Shown here piece by piece: positions 13,694-30,474 of a stretch of DNA of 64,000 nt. Positions within the stretch are counted from its first letter, which is position 1. Every line of letters begins with the position of its first letter. The position numbers were made by a program, and so were the translations under genes. This DNA comes from Phallusia mammillata (lineage: Eukaryota). The stretch spans positions 29,512,001-29,576,000 of the forward strand of contig OZ281494.1 of the NCBI GenBank assembly GCA_965637545.1. Reading direction: 5' to 3'. The notes beneath the pieces are model-generated. The model was given only the letters and a program-made list of their open reading frames with translations, made no database searches and had not been told where the DNA came from.

Positions 13694-15700
13694 GACTTAT
13701 ATGTTTGCATATCTCAATGTTTTCTGAAGTGGATTCAATTTCCCATTTTGTACAAATTCTGTAAACTATTTAAAACATTGTCATCATCAAATATTTGTAA
13801 AAACAAAAGAATATTTGTATGCAAACCGATGTGGCTAACGTCACAAAATACAAACTCCTCGGATTAATTATAAGTTAAAACTTTTCTGTGGAATTAAACT
13901 GGTGGTTGTGTTTTTGTCTGCTATTGTATGTGCAAAAAATGTCCAGTGAGCGTACATATTTAGTGTTTACTTGTTTTGAAAGATGCGATAGCCAACTATC
14001 GTTTGTGCTGTAATCGCCACCACAAGCTTGTTATTGGGTACTTTAGGCTACTGTTATTTTTTCATGTATACAACAATAAAAGCGAGGCATTGTGGAGACA
14101 AACGTGTAGTAAATGGTACTATAGCGTATAGAGCGGGGTCGGCCTCGTCTGGATCTCGATTGATCAGTTGAATACAAGATCAGAGAATCTTGCGCACCAG
14201 TCTCTGTACACGTTTCTTTACAAAACAGCTGACAGCACAGCAGAGGTACGCCAAGCGGTATTACGTGCAGTATTCGAATGAAGGCTACCTATACTTTGGT
14301 CTTCACTTTCAATTTCTTGTTATTTAATCAGTGTAATGAGTGTCGATAGACAAGGGTTTTGCACCTTAGTTTTTGTTGTTGTCTTCTTCAATCAACATGC
14401 TTTTTCAAATAGGATGTTAAGAAACAAAACAAGTCGTTAGGAATTAATAATAACCCTCCCTTGTAAATTTAATGTCTACTAGCAAAAAATCGCAGTCTGA
14501 TAAAGCAAGCAACTAGGAGTTAATTGCTATTAGGCTAAAACTTTTGTGAGAAATTACATCATCAGTGCGATTTATAAATTCTAGATACGTGGCGTTAAAC
14601 TGTACACATGTGCTCTTGCGATTGGCTCTTGTACAACATCTACACAAAGACAAAGTCCTATCACTGCACAGGACAAAACATACGGGTGAACCAACTAAAC
14701 ATCAGATCGACAAAAAACAAGTTCACGTCACTATTTCGCAACACGATTGAATTAGGTTGCAACATATTGTCACTGCCTCGCAAGCTTGAAGCCAGCGAGT
14801 CGAAACGAGCTATTTTGGAAAACAATTGTTGCAGTTGTAATTGGCACAAATTAATTATTATTGCAATCGCTACAGCATCGCTGATGAGTAGTTTTCCTGA
14901 AATGTGGTAAAGACAACCTGCAGATATACTTTGTTGTAGGGGGAACAAGGTACTAGCTGTATTGAACCCTACAGAAAGGTTGAAAAGCGTTTGAAACATG
15001 TAAGTACTGCATGCAAAACGCTGGCAAAGAAAAGTCGAATTGTTGTAAAAGTTGCGTTGTGACCACAGAAACACTTTTATGAAAGACTTGTAATCTGATA
15101 GCTCGTATGGGCACAATCAGTGAGGTATATAGTAACTATAACCTATGTTACTGAGAGTCTAGATATTTAGTATTTTCCTTTTATAATTTTCCGCGAAGCT
15201 TTTCATTGTTTTACAAACTTGTTAAAAATTTGAGCTGAACAATTGATCGCGCATGTACAAACGGGAAGTCTGCATTGCGACAAAAATGATTCTGAGGGAG
15301 GGGTGCTGCAAAACGTACCCGAAATGTGTTTTTGCACAACCACAAAAATCAGTTTAAAAGTAAAGTAATTAAAAGTTAGAAAGGTCTGCTAGTTTACGGA
15401 GATGCATAAACTAGCAAATGTCTTAGTACAGATGCTAATTGTTTCACAGTCTGTTACTTTCATTTAGTAATTCATTTTTTTCGAGTTTGAACGCCAAGCT
15501 GCTTATGATAAGTGTCAAACTGAAAAATCCTGCAAAAAAGTTATATTTTTTTCATTTGTATGCTGAAAGCCTTTCTAAAGATGATACTAATGTATATTGT
15601 TTGATGATCCTAAACCAAACTTGTAAATTGGAGTTAAGAAGCTTTAACCAAGATGTAGAAATACCTCAGCTGCATTTTGCTCTATATACGCTATTAAGCG

Positions 15701-16216
15701 ATGGAAGGGTTTCCACTGAAGATTAATGACGTCCCAACTGGAGATGAGCTTGACTCCGGACAAAACGGCGAACTGAATGTTAAAAGTCCCTGCGTTTTCA
15801 AGGAGTACTTGAACAATACAAAAGCAACAGACGAGATTAAGGAGACCTCTGGCTGGTTACACACTGGTGATTTTGGATGCTATGATCAGAATGGCGCGGT
15901 TTATATCTTTGACAGACTCAAGAATGTCATTAAGTCCTTTGGAAACATGGCAGTGTTTCCCGTCGAACTTGAAGCAGTTCTTCTCTCTCATCCTGCCGTG
16001 GCTGAAGCCGTCGTAGTCCGCGTCCCTCATCCAGAATATCAGAAAGCCGCAAAGGCGTTTGTTGTAAGAAAAAGAGATGATCTTACAAAAGAAGAATTAC
16101 TCGAGTTTTTCAACACTCGTGTCGCCAAATACCAACAACTGTTTGGTGGCCTGACGTTCATTGAAAACATCTTGAAAACCGGGCTTGGGAAACCGATAAA
16201 AAATGTTGTTGTGTAG
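15701..16216 (+). pseudogene. C-terminal ~170 aa of a luciferase-like/4-coumarate-CoA ligase-like acyl-CoA synthetase (ANL superfamily); N-terminus missing
   Basis: Motifs GELNVKSP, GWLHTGDFG, DRLKNVIK, PVELEAVLLSHPAV, KTGLGK. In-frame TAA at 15695-15697 just upstream. No N-terminal adenylation-domain exons recognised in 13700-15700. Confidence 0.7.
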
Positions 16217-17959
16217 ATCGGTTAATCAAACAATGGTGTGTATACTGTATATATCGACCAATCTTTGTGCGTTTTCTTCTGCAGTTTTGTCAAATTATCA
16301 TCCCACTCTGTTTAACTACAGCAGAAGTTGTCTATAGATAACTTTCGTGTTGGGCACTCAGTAGCTTTTTCCAAGTCTCGAGCTTTGAACACCCATGACA
16401 AATAAAGTTTAGCTGATTTGGAAATAAAGTTGTCAAATCACCATTGCATTCAATATTAAATTTTCCAACTCCCACCAAAAAAAGTTGCTTTATCTTCAAA
16501 TAACCACGTTTCTTGTCCAGAACCGACAAATACACAAACCCAACGCACACAAATAATAGCGGTAAACTCACGCAGATTAATTTCAACATGTGAAGCATGT
16601 GGACATACGTTACAAAAGGCCTCTGTTTGACAGCTGGATCAAAAAGTTAGTATCGTCAAAAGTACAATAGTGTAAAGAAATGATATTCGGGAGGAAATCA
16701 ATCTCATTTCCGCTGTGCTAAACCTATATTATCTACAAACAATGGTACAACGAAAGCAAGAAAAAAAACTGTCAGTATAAACTACAGAAATCCTCCCAAG
16801 AACTTTGTATTGCTGTTTGACCCACTACTGGGACAGTTGTGGTCTTGCATTAAAGTAAAACATGGTAAAAGTTCTGATTAAGATTCTGCTTCTTAGTGGA
16901 TTTTTCCTGACCTGTAATGCAAAATCTGTTTCTGCCCAAACCAAGTAAGAGTTCATTTCTTTGTTTTGTCTATAAAGCTGTTGTTTTTTAACATAATAAT
17001 TATGTTTTGTAGCGACGAGTTCCAGGAAGATCACCACAGTCTTCAAAAGCGCTGTTAGTAAATGAGAGACTTATTCATGGTTAAGTTTGACTGACTTAAA
17101 AATTGCGAAAATGTAGAAATAAAACAGTGAATAATGACTAGCGTCAAATTAGCAGTCTAACTTTGAAATGTTTGAATCTACAACAACAGAAAACACATGA
17201 TAATTGCAAAATAAATTTTCAGAAAAGGATGGTATTAATTTAGAATTTACGTTAAACTTGGTTTAAATAATTTAGATTTAAAAAAAAGAGAGTAATAACG
17301 TCAAACAAATTTAAATTGATTAGAAGACCTGTGTTTCATTTGACTGTTTGGGAAAGATCTTAAGTTCTTAACATTAACACAAAACAATGAACAGCTTGTT
17401 CAACGACGTGTTTACTTCATGCCTATCCACAAATGTATAGTTCATCGTAATTACTGTTATAGGTGCTGAGGACGGTTTAGGATGTAAAGACACAGAGACC
17501 ATAATTATATCATCGACTGCACTCACTGGATGATGATAAGGATAACTTGAAAAGTTTCTTTAAAAAAATGAGCAAATAGGTCAAAAATGGCGAATAAAAA
17601 ATCATTGCATTCAACTGTCACTATAGTGATACGCGTACAACCAGTTGAGAACCACTAATAGCAGAATTCATACTATCGGTTAGTTTACGTTAAAACCAAT
17701 AGATTCCTAAGAAGGAACTGATGATGCCACGTTGGCGAAATATATATATATTATATATATCACTTCATTTAAAACCGACTCATTCCGTTTAACCACGGAT
17801 TTTATAATCAATTGGTTTTAATGTATTATAGTTGAAAAGGCAAACAGTGATCGTCAGTTTAAGACACGCTGTTGATTTTGATCTATTACTAAAGTTGTCA
17901 CTTTCATAGGTTAGTTTATGAACTGTTGGCGTTGGTGTACAGTCAATGGTTGGATTCAT

Positions 17960-18117
17960 TTTTCCGCGGTTCTATCACAAAAGTCATATATTCCAGCCGG
18001 TTGTTACAAAAAGTCCATTGATAGTAACCAATAATACTATCCGGTTCGCTGATCTCATAACATTTCGTGAGACAGTTCCATATATAACCGGTGCAAACCG
18101 GCTGAATCCCACCAATG
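17960..18117 (-). mobile_element. Truncated MITE-like repeat, same family as 1378
   Basis: Reverse complement reads CATTGGTGGGATTCAGCCGGTTTGCACCGGTT...GAGATCAGCGAACCGG, matching 1378-1500. Confidence 0.55.
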
Positions 18118-18733
18118 TATACAGCAGATATAATACATGTTAATATAAAGTTAATTTTCACTCCATATAATTATATTTAAACGGATCTTTGTTGTTCTGT
18201 GACGTAGGTAGTGTTCTGATCTTTTGACCCGTTTGCGTTATTGTACCATCGTAAGGTGTGTAGATCGGAAACATATATGTCTATAGGGCAATTGATCCCA
18301 TCCCGAAAGGATTCGCGCGACTGCTTCAGGCTAGAGTGGACGCCAATGACAGGAGTGGCTGCTACGTACAGTTGAAAAAACATCCTAGTTTTAAAATGCG
18401 TTTAAATAGAAACTCATTGATGCGTTCATTTCGATAAAACGCTAAGTAGTTTAGTAAGGAAAATTGGTCAGGTAATACGCCCTGTCTAGCGTGTTGAAAA
18501 CTTTTCAGTTAATGCAGAGTTTTAAATGGAAAGAACGTATAGCAATCAAAGGTCATAATTGTAAGTGTTGAAATTATATTTTTTCGGTTGACTATACTTG
18601 AGCAACACCAACGCAAAGGTAAAGCTAAAACGTCACCAGATTTCAAAATTGTAAGTGTAAGAATATACCAACAATAACATAACGTTTTTTTTAGCTACAG
18701 TTATATGGACCTTTGCAGTAGACCAAACGCAAA

Positions 18734-20550
18734 ATGGTTAATTCTCAAAACAGCCAAGTATCGGTTACGAAAACCTATTGCATATCTGCAGTCACGTTGA
18801 TTACATTGCTGACAACAATTGGATTTCAACTGGTTGCGCTGCTAACGACGGGGTGGCTTCATTTTAGAGTGGGATGCCGAAACAGCGGACTAGGAGTTTA
18901 CGTCGGTCTGTATCAAGCTTGTTCGGTGGGAATTTGTGTTTTGCAGGATCAGGCCGTCAGGTCAACCATTGCCGAAAATGCCAACCATTTTGAAGGGCAA
19001 ACAGGTAATTTTTGCCTATAGGCTGATACAAAAAAAGGTGTATTAAAAATATTTGGTTAAAATGATTCCAATAAACTGCAAATAAGTGATAGTTCGGACG
19101 CTTAAATTTTGACTCTTCTGAAGACTACATAATGACTCTAATACAGGGTCCATTTTAATCGGTTTGATTCCGATTCGGGTTCGACGCCAAACAAAATATA
19201 GGGTTTAACTTCGGGCTTGTAAGACAATGTAATTTATGGTTCGGGCACGGTTTGGGTTGACTGCTCAAACCGATTCGCGGGTTCAGGTTTAGTTCCGGTT
19301 CGACAAGCCACATAAAGTAGGTTTGTTTTTGTATCATGCGCATGTATTAGGCTGTTTGTGATGAACAGTGCGGCCAAACAATATGTTTTATTTTTTCCGT
19401 TCCAACCACATTGTTATTTGTTTCATACAGTTCAAGACAAGGTGGCTCTTGTGCTCATCAGCAGCTCTGGAGTGCTACTTGCAATCGCATTTGTCATCCA
19501 CTGTATTATTCTGTGCAGACCCAAAGAAAGCTTGGCAAAGTTAGCAGGAATATTCTGCGCCCTGGCAGGTCAGTTAACGGTTAACTGTTAACCTATACGT
19601 TTTAAGAATCTTCTCCAATTAACTTACATCACATCGACCCTCTGCTGTTTTAAGATATTAAAATTTGTATGACAAATTCTTTCTAAATAATTGACACTCA
19701 ATTTGTTTCTAGCAATTCAATTTAAAGTAAAAAAAGTCTTACTTGTTCAGCTGTGCTGGTCTTCTGCGGTTGCGCAACATGGACAGGTTTCTTGGTTTAC
19801 GCGGAAATTGCTGATATATGGAATACAACATCCAGCATTTCCTTCTTCATCAGCCTTACCACTTTTTCGTTCTGCGATTTCAAGTTTAGACTGTTCAAGG
19901 ACTACACAAGCGATAAACCATTCCCATTGCAGTACAGCTTTTTCTTCGCCTGGATTTCACTGTTCTTTACATTCATATGCATTGGATTGTCAAGCAGCGT
20001 AAAACAAAGTGAGTGTATTTATGTGGCTGCGCATTTGACACATGTGTAAAAATAACTGCATTCAAAACGTCTTCCATTTCGAACCGATTTCAAGTTCATG
20101 TAAAATGTTTCTGTCTCACAATTAGGACCACTTTCGCCAATCAGTTTAATTAAGTAAAAAATAGTCATGCAATTAAGTTTATGTGTCATATAACCAAGCA
20201 TAAGTTACTGAATTTCGACAAAGAATGCAAGGCAAAACAGACTACTACGTACCTGCTAGCAACGGAATTTAAACACATGTTTCACAGAGTTGTCCGCCAG
20301 ACTAAGCAGTGCACCAATTCCAGTTCCAAACCAGTACAACGTCCACCAAACAACCAACGTCAATTTTGGAAATGATCTTCAACCATCTGCTCCAACGCAG
20401 CCAACAACTTTAAGCGATCAGACAATGACCAATTCTAGTAACTTTATTATGTCACAAAACCTGTACAAGAACCAAGAGACGGTTCTTAATCCAGCTTTAA
20501 ACATGGGTAATAATTTACCTCTCAAAAATGCAGATGGTGGGTTGGTTTAA
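18734..20550 (+). CDS. PMP22/EMP/claudin superfamily four-pass membrane protein
   Basis: Exons 18734-19004, 19431-19568, 19751-20008 and a probable terminal exon 20288-20550. ECL1 signature W...GLYQAC...C, four hydrophobic segments, YSFFFAW before TM4. The terminal exon is ambiguous (see findings). Confidence 0.75.
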
Positions 20551-21460
20551 TGATGGTTTATTAATAACAGTGCAGTTTATTGTAATATGCATCTGGTAAA
20601 TTGACTTAACTATTGTTTATAATTCACTGCTTTTGGGCCGTGGTTTATGGAATTTGTGTGGACAATTTTTGTGTCGAAAACTTTTTGCCTGTATATTGGA
20701 TGAAAACAAAAGTAGACAAGTTACAGTTTTCATGTTCAAAAAAAGTAAAACGTGTTGGCAGTAGTATTTTGAGATGTTTTGTTACGAACGATAGTCACGC
20801 TAATTGCTGCTTAATGCGCAGTTCTAGGTGTGGACAAATATAAAAGAAACGTAATTCCACTTTGTGTCTGGTCTGAGCAGCGTTAGTCCATTGGACATGA
20901 AAGGTGGCACGACAAAAGATCTGAAAACACTTGCGGCTTTTACTTCTTGGCTAGATTTTTGTATTTATCTAACATACGTTGTGGAATAAGATGTCACTGA
21001 TTGACAGTTGAATAAGAGGTTGGACTGATTTTACACGACAAAAACAGACATAAACAAATCAAGTAGTATGGGAAATATTTTTTCATAAAATCCTAAAAAC
21101 CTTTTCGTATGATCACCAATCAAATGCCGACCTAATAATTAGCCTTGCACAACACCTAGAAACTTCAGAAACAATTTGCTGTTTAAGGTAAATCTTGTAT
21201 TGCACCCACATAACCGACATACTAAAAATAGTCGGAAGTCAAACCAGAAAATACAGGTACAAAAATGATAGAGTTTCTTGTATAGAACCACAAGCTCTGC
21301 ATGGCCAATGTGGGTCGAATCTATAAGTGCAAACACTCGCGTAGGCACTCAACAACTGCGAAAAGATATATGACTGAAATGCAAGTTCATTTTTTGGAGG
21401 AACAAAGGGTTATCTTTCAAGAGTTGCGAAAAATATTGGGATGTTTCGGCGAGAAAGGGA

Positions 21461-24336
<2,876 letters not shown>

Positions 24337-24855
24337 CTACATGCAAAAACACTATGAAATGAGTGCAACGACGGAAAGAATCGCTTTGCAAATAATTAAA
24401 CATAATTTCTGGCAAACTTTTGGTCCCAAGCAGCAGTAAATAAGTTATACAAAAACTAATGACTAAAAATCAGAAAATTCTACAGTTATACTAACCACAT
24501 TGTAAGAATAATTGGTACAGAAGACATTTCAGCATGTACTAAAAATATTGGTTTTACTGCATTTAACAAATAACATTTGCTTGTAGCATCAAGCATGTGC
24601 AAGATAGGATCTAAAAAAGCAACAATTCCGCACTTTGCAATTATACAAAATTAACAAATAAAGGGTAGTACCGTCAAATAAAAACAATACAGGTAGCTTA
24701 TACAGAATCAGGTGTATGTATGAAAACAGTGGAATACAACATAAAAAACCACAGCATGAAAAAAACAGCACACCAGTGTTACAAGTTATAAAAGCAAGCA
24801 AGCATTTTAACAGCTTGAGCTTTTACAAAACTGGAAGCCTTTGACAATTTTACAA

Positions 24856-27084
<2,229 letters not shown>

Positions 27085-27757
27085 TTTTAGTAAAGTAGGT
27101 ACAAAATATATTTTGTAAGCCACGAATCTGGAACAACAAACGTCAAAATCTGCAACGTTTTCTTTCAGACAAACACCAGTGTACATAGAAATCATATTAA
27201 TTTGGTCCAAAATTTTACAATTTTTATAAATGCCACTGAAAGGTATTTTGCTAATGTACAGCTTTGAAAAGCCAAAAATATTCAGTTGCCAAATTATGCA
27301 TACTTCGAAAACAATTCTAAAAAAAATAAAAAATGTACACAAAAGGTTGTTTATAGTTTAATTTACAATCACATAAACTAGAACCGTTTAGAAAGCCTTA
27401 ATTAGGCTGTTTGTCCAAATTGAACTATACGGAGTAATTTTTGCACTTTTATGTTTTAAGTAAACTTGTAAAGAGTGCAATTACTAACAATAATGTTTTT
27501 GCGAAAATTAATTATAATTTTGCAACGCACGGTTGTCGATAGTTTGTTTAATGCATGAGCAATCAAGCGTAACGAACATTTATCACGCTGCTTCCGAATA
27601 AAAATAACAATTGTATTGTATTGACTTAATTTATAGCAAATTTGCCAAGAAATTTGTCAATGTGACTTATGTAAGAATGTAAGATACCTGAAACATGTTT
27701 ATCAAAAAGTGTTTTGTGTTTAGGTATTTGATATTGTGCTTTGTTTGATACAAACAA
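27085..27757. promoter_or_regulatory. Putative bidirectional promoter between ZC4H2 and CMTR2
   Basis: Head-to-head start codons 673 nt apart. No specific motif is claimed. Confidence 0.5.
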
Positions 27758-30019
27758 ATGGAAAGTAATGATGACATAAGTTTTACAAAAATCTTTAATT
27801 ACGACAAAACCGGAAATGATTGGGATTTACCGGAACCAGCAACTTTGTTCAGTTGTGCCAAGCAGGATGTCAATTCGTTAATTCAGCTAAAGTCATCCCT
27901 TAACAAGGTCAAAAGTTCATTGAACGGCTACGACATAAAGGAGTGGAATAAACACACAAATTACGTAAACCCAGCTGGAAGAATCCTACAAACAGTTAGA
28001 AAAAGGTTTGAACCAGAGCTTCCGACCCAAGCTTGGTGCAAGTTTTATGAAATTTTGTCCCACTACTTGGTAATTCCATTTCAGTGTGACACAAAGTTCA
28101 ATGCAGTACATTTATGTGAAGCACCTGGAGGATTCATTTGCAGTCTCAATCACTTTTTAAAGTCACATGAACAGTTTAAAAATGTGAAGTACACATGGAT
28201 TGCAAATGCCCTTAACCCATACCATGAAGGAAATGCTTTGGATCAATGTATATTGGACGACCGCCTGATATGCAAGACACTACGTTCTTGGTACTTTGGC
28301 AAAGATAACACAGGAAATATAATGCAGCAAGATTTTTTAGATGATCTTAAAGACAAATGTGAATGTCATACCACGTTTGACTCAAACCCGGTAGATCTTG
28401 TGACGGCAGATGGTAGCTTTAACTGTCAAAGTCAACCAGCAGAACAAGAAACCATTGTTGCCCATTTAAAGTACACTGAAGCATTCACAGCATTACACAT
28501 TCTTGGCACTGGTGGTACATTTGTGATCAAAATGTTTACACTGTTTGAGTACCACTCAGTCTCACTTATCTACCTATTCTGTTGCATTTTTGATTCAGTC
28601 ACTGTCATTAAACCTGCCACAAGTAAAGCAGGGAACTCTGAGGCTTATGTGGTGTCAGCAGGTTACTGTGGTTCGATTACTGCAAAGCCATATCTGGATA
28701 AAATGGCTGAATATTTTCCATTTAAAGATGTTATTGAAAAACATATGTCCATGATTAGTGTTTTTCCTGACAGTTTCCTTGAACAACATGTAAATTGTAC
28801 CAAGTACTTTTCTGAGCATCAGAAAGTGGCAATTGGCCGAAATGTGCATCTCTTTCACCACAGATCAAGATTTTTCTCCACTGACATTAAACCACTTCAG
28901 CAGATTTTTATCCAAAGGTACTTTGACCTTTGTGAGATGCGCCGTATTTCTCCAAACTCCTACATAGTCCGAAATCCTGTTGCAAAGTCTCATTTCAGAC
29001 AGACACCCAAGATGGAAGGAACATTTAGCAAAAGGGTGATGCAAAGGAATAATCTTGAGCGCCCAGTTGTAGAACAAAATCTGTGGAATAAGCCTATAGA
29101 CTTTAACAGGATGTGTGATGAACCAATATTGAATGGGGTTGTTCTTACATCAGGTTTAGTGCCTAAAGAGATTAATTCTAGTCTGTATTGTTCCACTGAT
29201 GTGATTGTCAGCTATTCCAATGCTTACCAAGAAGCAGCAACACATGGTGCATTGCAAGAGACACCACCTACATTACAAACAGGCTCAAAAATGTTGAGTG
29301 AAAATTTACAAGAATGCATCTGTCATATTATAAGAAGATATGAAGGCCTGGTTACTACCTTATGTTTACTACCGGACACCAGAGATAAAGTTTCATTGTA
29401 CACCAGTTGGTTTGAAAGTCTGCTTAAGTCAACATGTCCCAATTCTGTGATGACTTTCCAGTCTATAGAACAGCAGTTTAGTTCAAATTGCACATTAGGA
29501 AAACCAAACTTTATATTTTGCAATTTTGTGTCCGATTCAAATCAGGTTTGGTGTGAAGTTAACCTTCGATCAAAAATTATTTGCGCATTAATCAGCATCT
29601 TGCAAGCTCTTCCAAATGGCGGGAGTTGTTTAGTGATTTTACCATCTGTTCTTCTTCGTCTGATTGCACATGCACTGTACATATTTAGTTGTACATTTGA
29701 ACATATTCATATCCAAGCTACGTGCCTGCATCACGCTGATACAGACTTACCAGGGGTGGCAGTTGTGGCTGAAAACTTTGGCTTGCAGGGGTCGGAGACA
29801 TTAGATAGAGTACTAAAACTTTTTCAAGAATCTTCAATGGAGTCTTCAGGCATTGTTGAGTTTTTTCCTGCAACATACCTGATGATATCTGAGGACTCAT
29901 CACTTGCTACAAATCCAAAAAGCAAATTTGTTTCTGCTCTTAAAAGTGCAAATGAAGTTTGCTTGGACAAATTAACTACCATGCTGGAGAAGAGATTAAA
30001 ACTACAAACTGCTGTATGA
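27758..30019 (+). CDS. CMTR2: Cap-specific mRNA (nucleoside-2'-O-)-methyltransferase 2 (FTSJD1), 753 aa, intronless ORF
   Basis: Uninterrupted ORF with TQAWCKFYEIL, VHLCEAPGGFICSLNH, LVTADGSFNC, GGTFVIKMFTLFE, KPATSKAGNSEAYVV (RrmJ/FtsJ K-D-K-E catalytic motifs) and a degenerate second MTase-like half. Confidence 0.95.
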   Translation: MESNDDISFTKIFNYDKTGNDWDLPEPATLFSCAKQDVNSLIQLKSSLNKVKSSLNGYDIKEWNKHTNYVNPAGRILQTVRKRFEPELPTQAWCKFYEILSHYLVIPFQCDTKFNAVHLCEAPGGFICSLNHFLKSHEQFKNVKYTWIANALNPYHEGNALDQCILDDRLICKTLRSWYFGKDNTGNIMQQDFLDDLKDKCECHTTFDSNPVDLVTADGSFNCQSQPAEQETIVAHLKYTEAFTALHILGTGGTFVIKMFTLFEYHSVSLIYLFCCIFDSVTVIKPATSKAGNSEAYVVSAGYCGSITAKPYLDKMAEYFPFKDVIEKHMSMISVFPDSFLEQHVNCTKYFSEHQKVAIGRNVHLFHHRSRFFSTDIKPLQQIFIQRYFDLCEMRRISPNSYIVRNPVAKSHFRQTPKMEGTFSKRVMQRNNLERPVVEQNLWNKPIDFNRMCDEPILNGVVLTSGLVPKEINSSLYCSTDVIVSYSNAYQEAATHGALQETPPTLQTGSKMLSENLQECICHIIRRYEGLVTTLCLLPDTRDKVSLYTSWFESLLKSTCPNSVMTFQSIEQQFSSNCTLGKPNFIFCNFVSDSNQVWCEVNLRSKIICALISILQALPNGGSCLVILPSVLLRLIAHALYIFSCTFEHIHIQATCLHHADTDLPGVAVVAENFGLQGSETLDRVLKLFQESSMESSGIVEFFPATYLMISEDSSLATNPKSKFVSALKSANEVCLDKLTTMLEKRLKLQTAV

Positions 30020-30474
30020 GCAAACTTGGGCCAAGCTCATATACCATATTCGCAGCTAGTTTTTTAAAAGATTTTGTCTGCTTTTGTACTGACTTTAGTG
30101 TAGTGCTGATGTTAGAAATATAGCTGCATCTTTTTCGTCGGTAGTCTGATTTACTCCCCTTTAAACAAATAGCTTTCATTGCAGTATGGGAGTCTATGTC
30201 AAGGATTTGTCTCCAAAACTTCTAAATTTTATGTCAACATTATGATTTTACTGTTATTTTAATGTACAAAGTACATTGTTTTGTATGTATTGCAATAATG
30301 TTGAATGCCTTGTAGTCTAGATTGATTAACTGCATTGCTTTCATGTTTTTTAAACTGTTTAAAATCTTCCTAGCACTGTATTTTGAAGTTGATTATTATT
30401 TTTTATTCTAATGCATTCTTTTTAACATGCAGTTAGTTTTAGTTATAGTAGTTTCTATAAATTTTGGCTGTAAA

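Noticed and set aside
15701-16216. Evidence for firefly-type bioluminescence
   Set aside because: Luciferase-like motifs are shared by ordinary acyl-CoA synthetases, and the fragment lacks the substrate-binding domain.
17943-18161. 72-aa minus-strand ORF resembling a secreted Cys-containing peptide (MKINFILTCIISAVYIGG...)
   Set aside because: Starts at GTG, and most of it is a copy of the MITE-like repeat also present at 1378.
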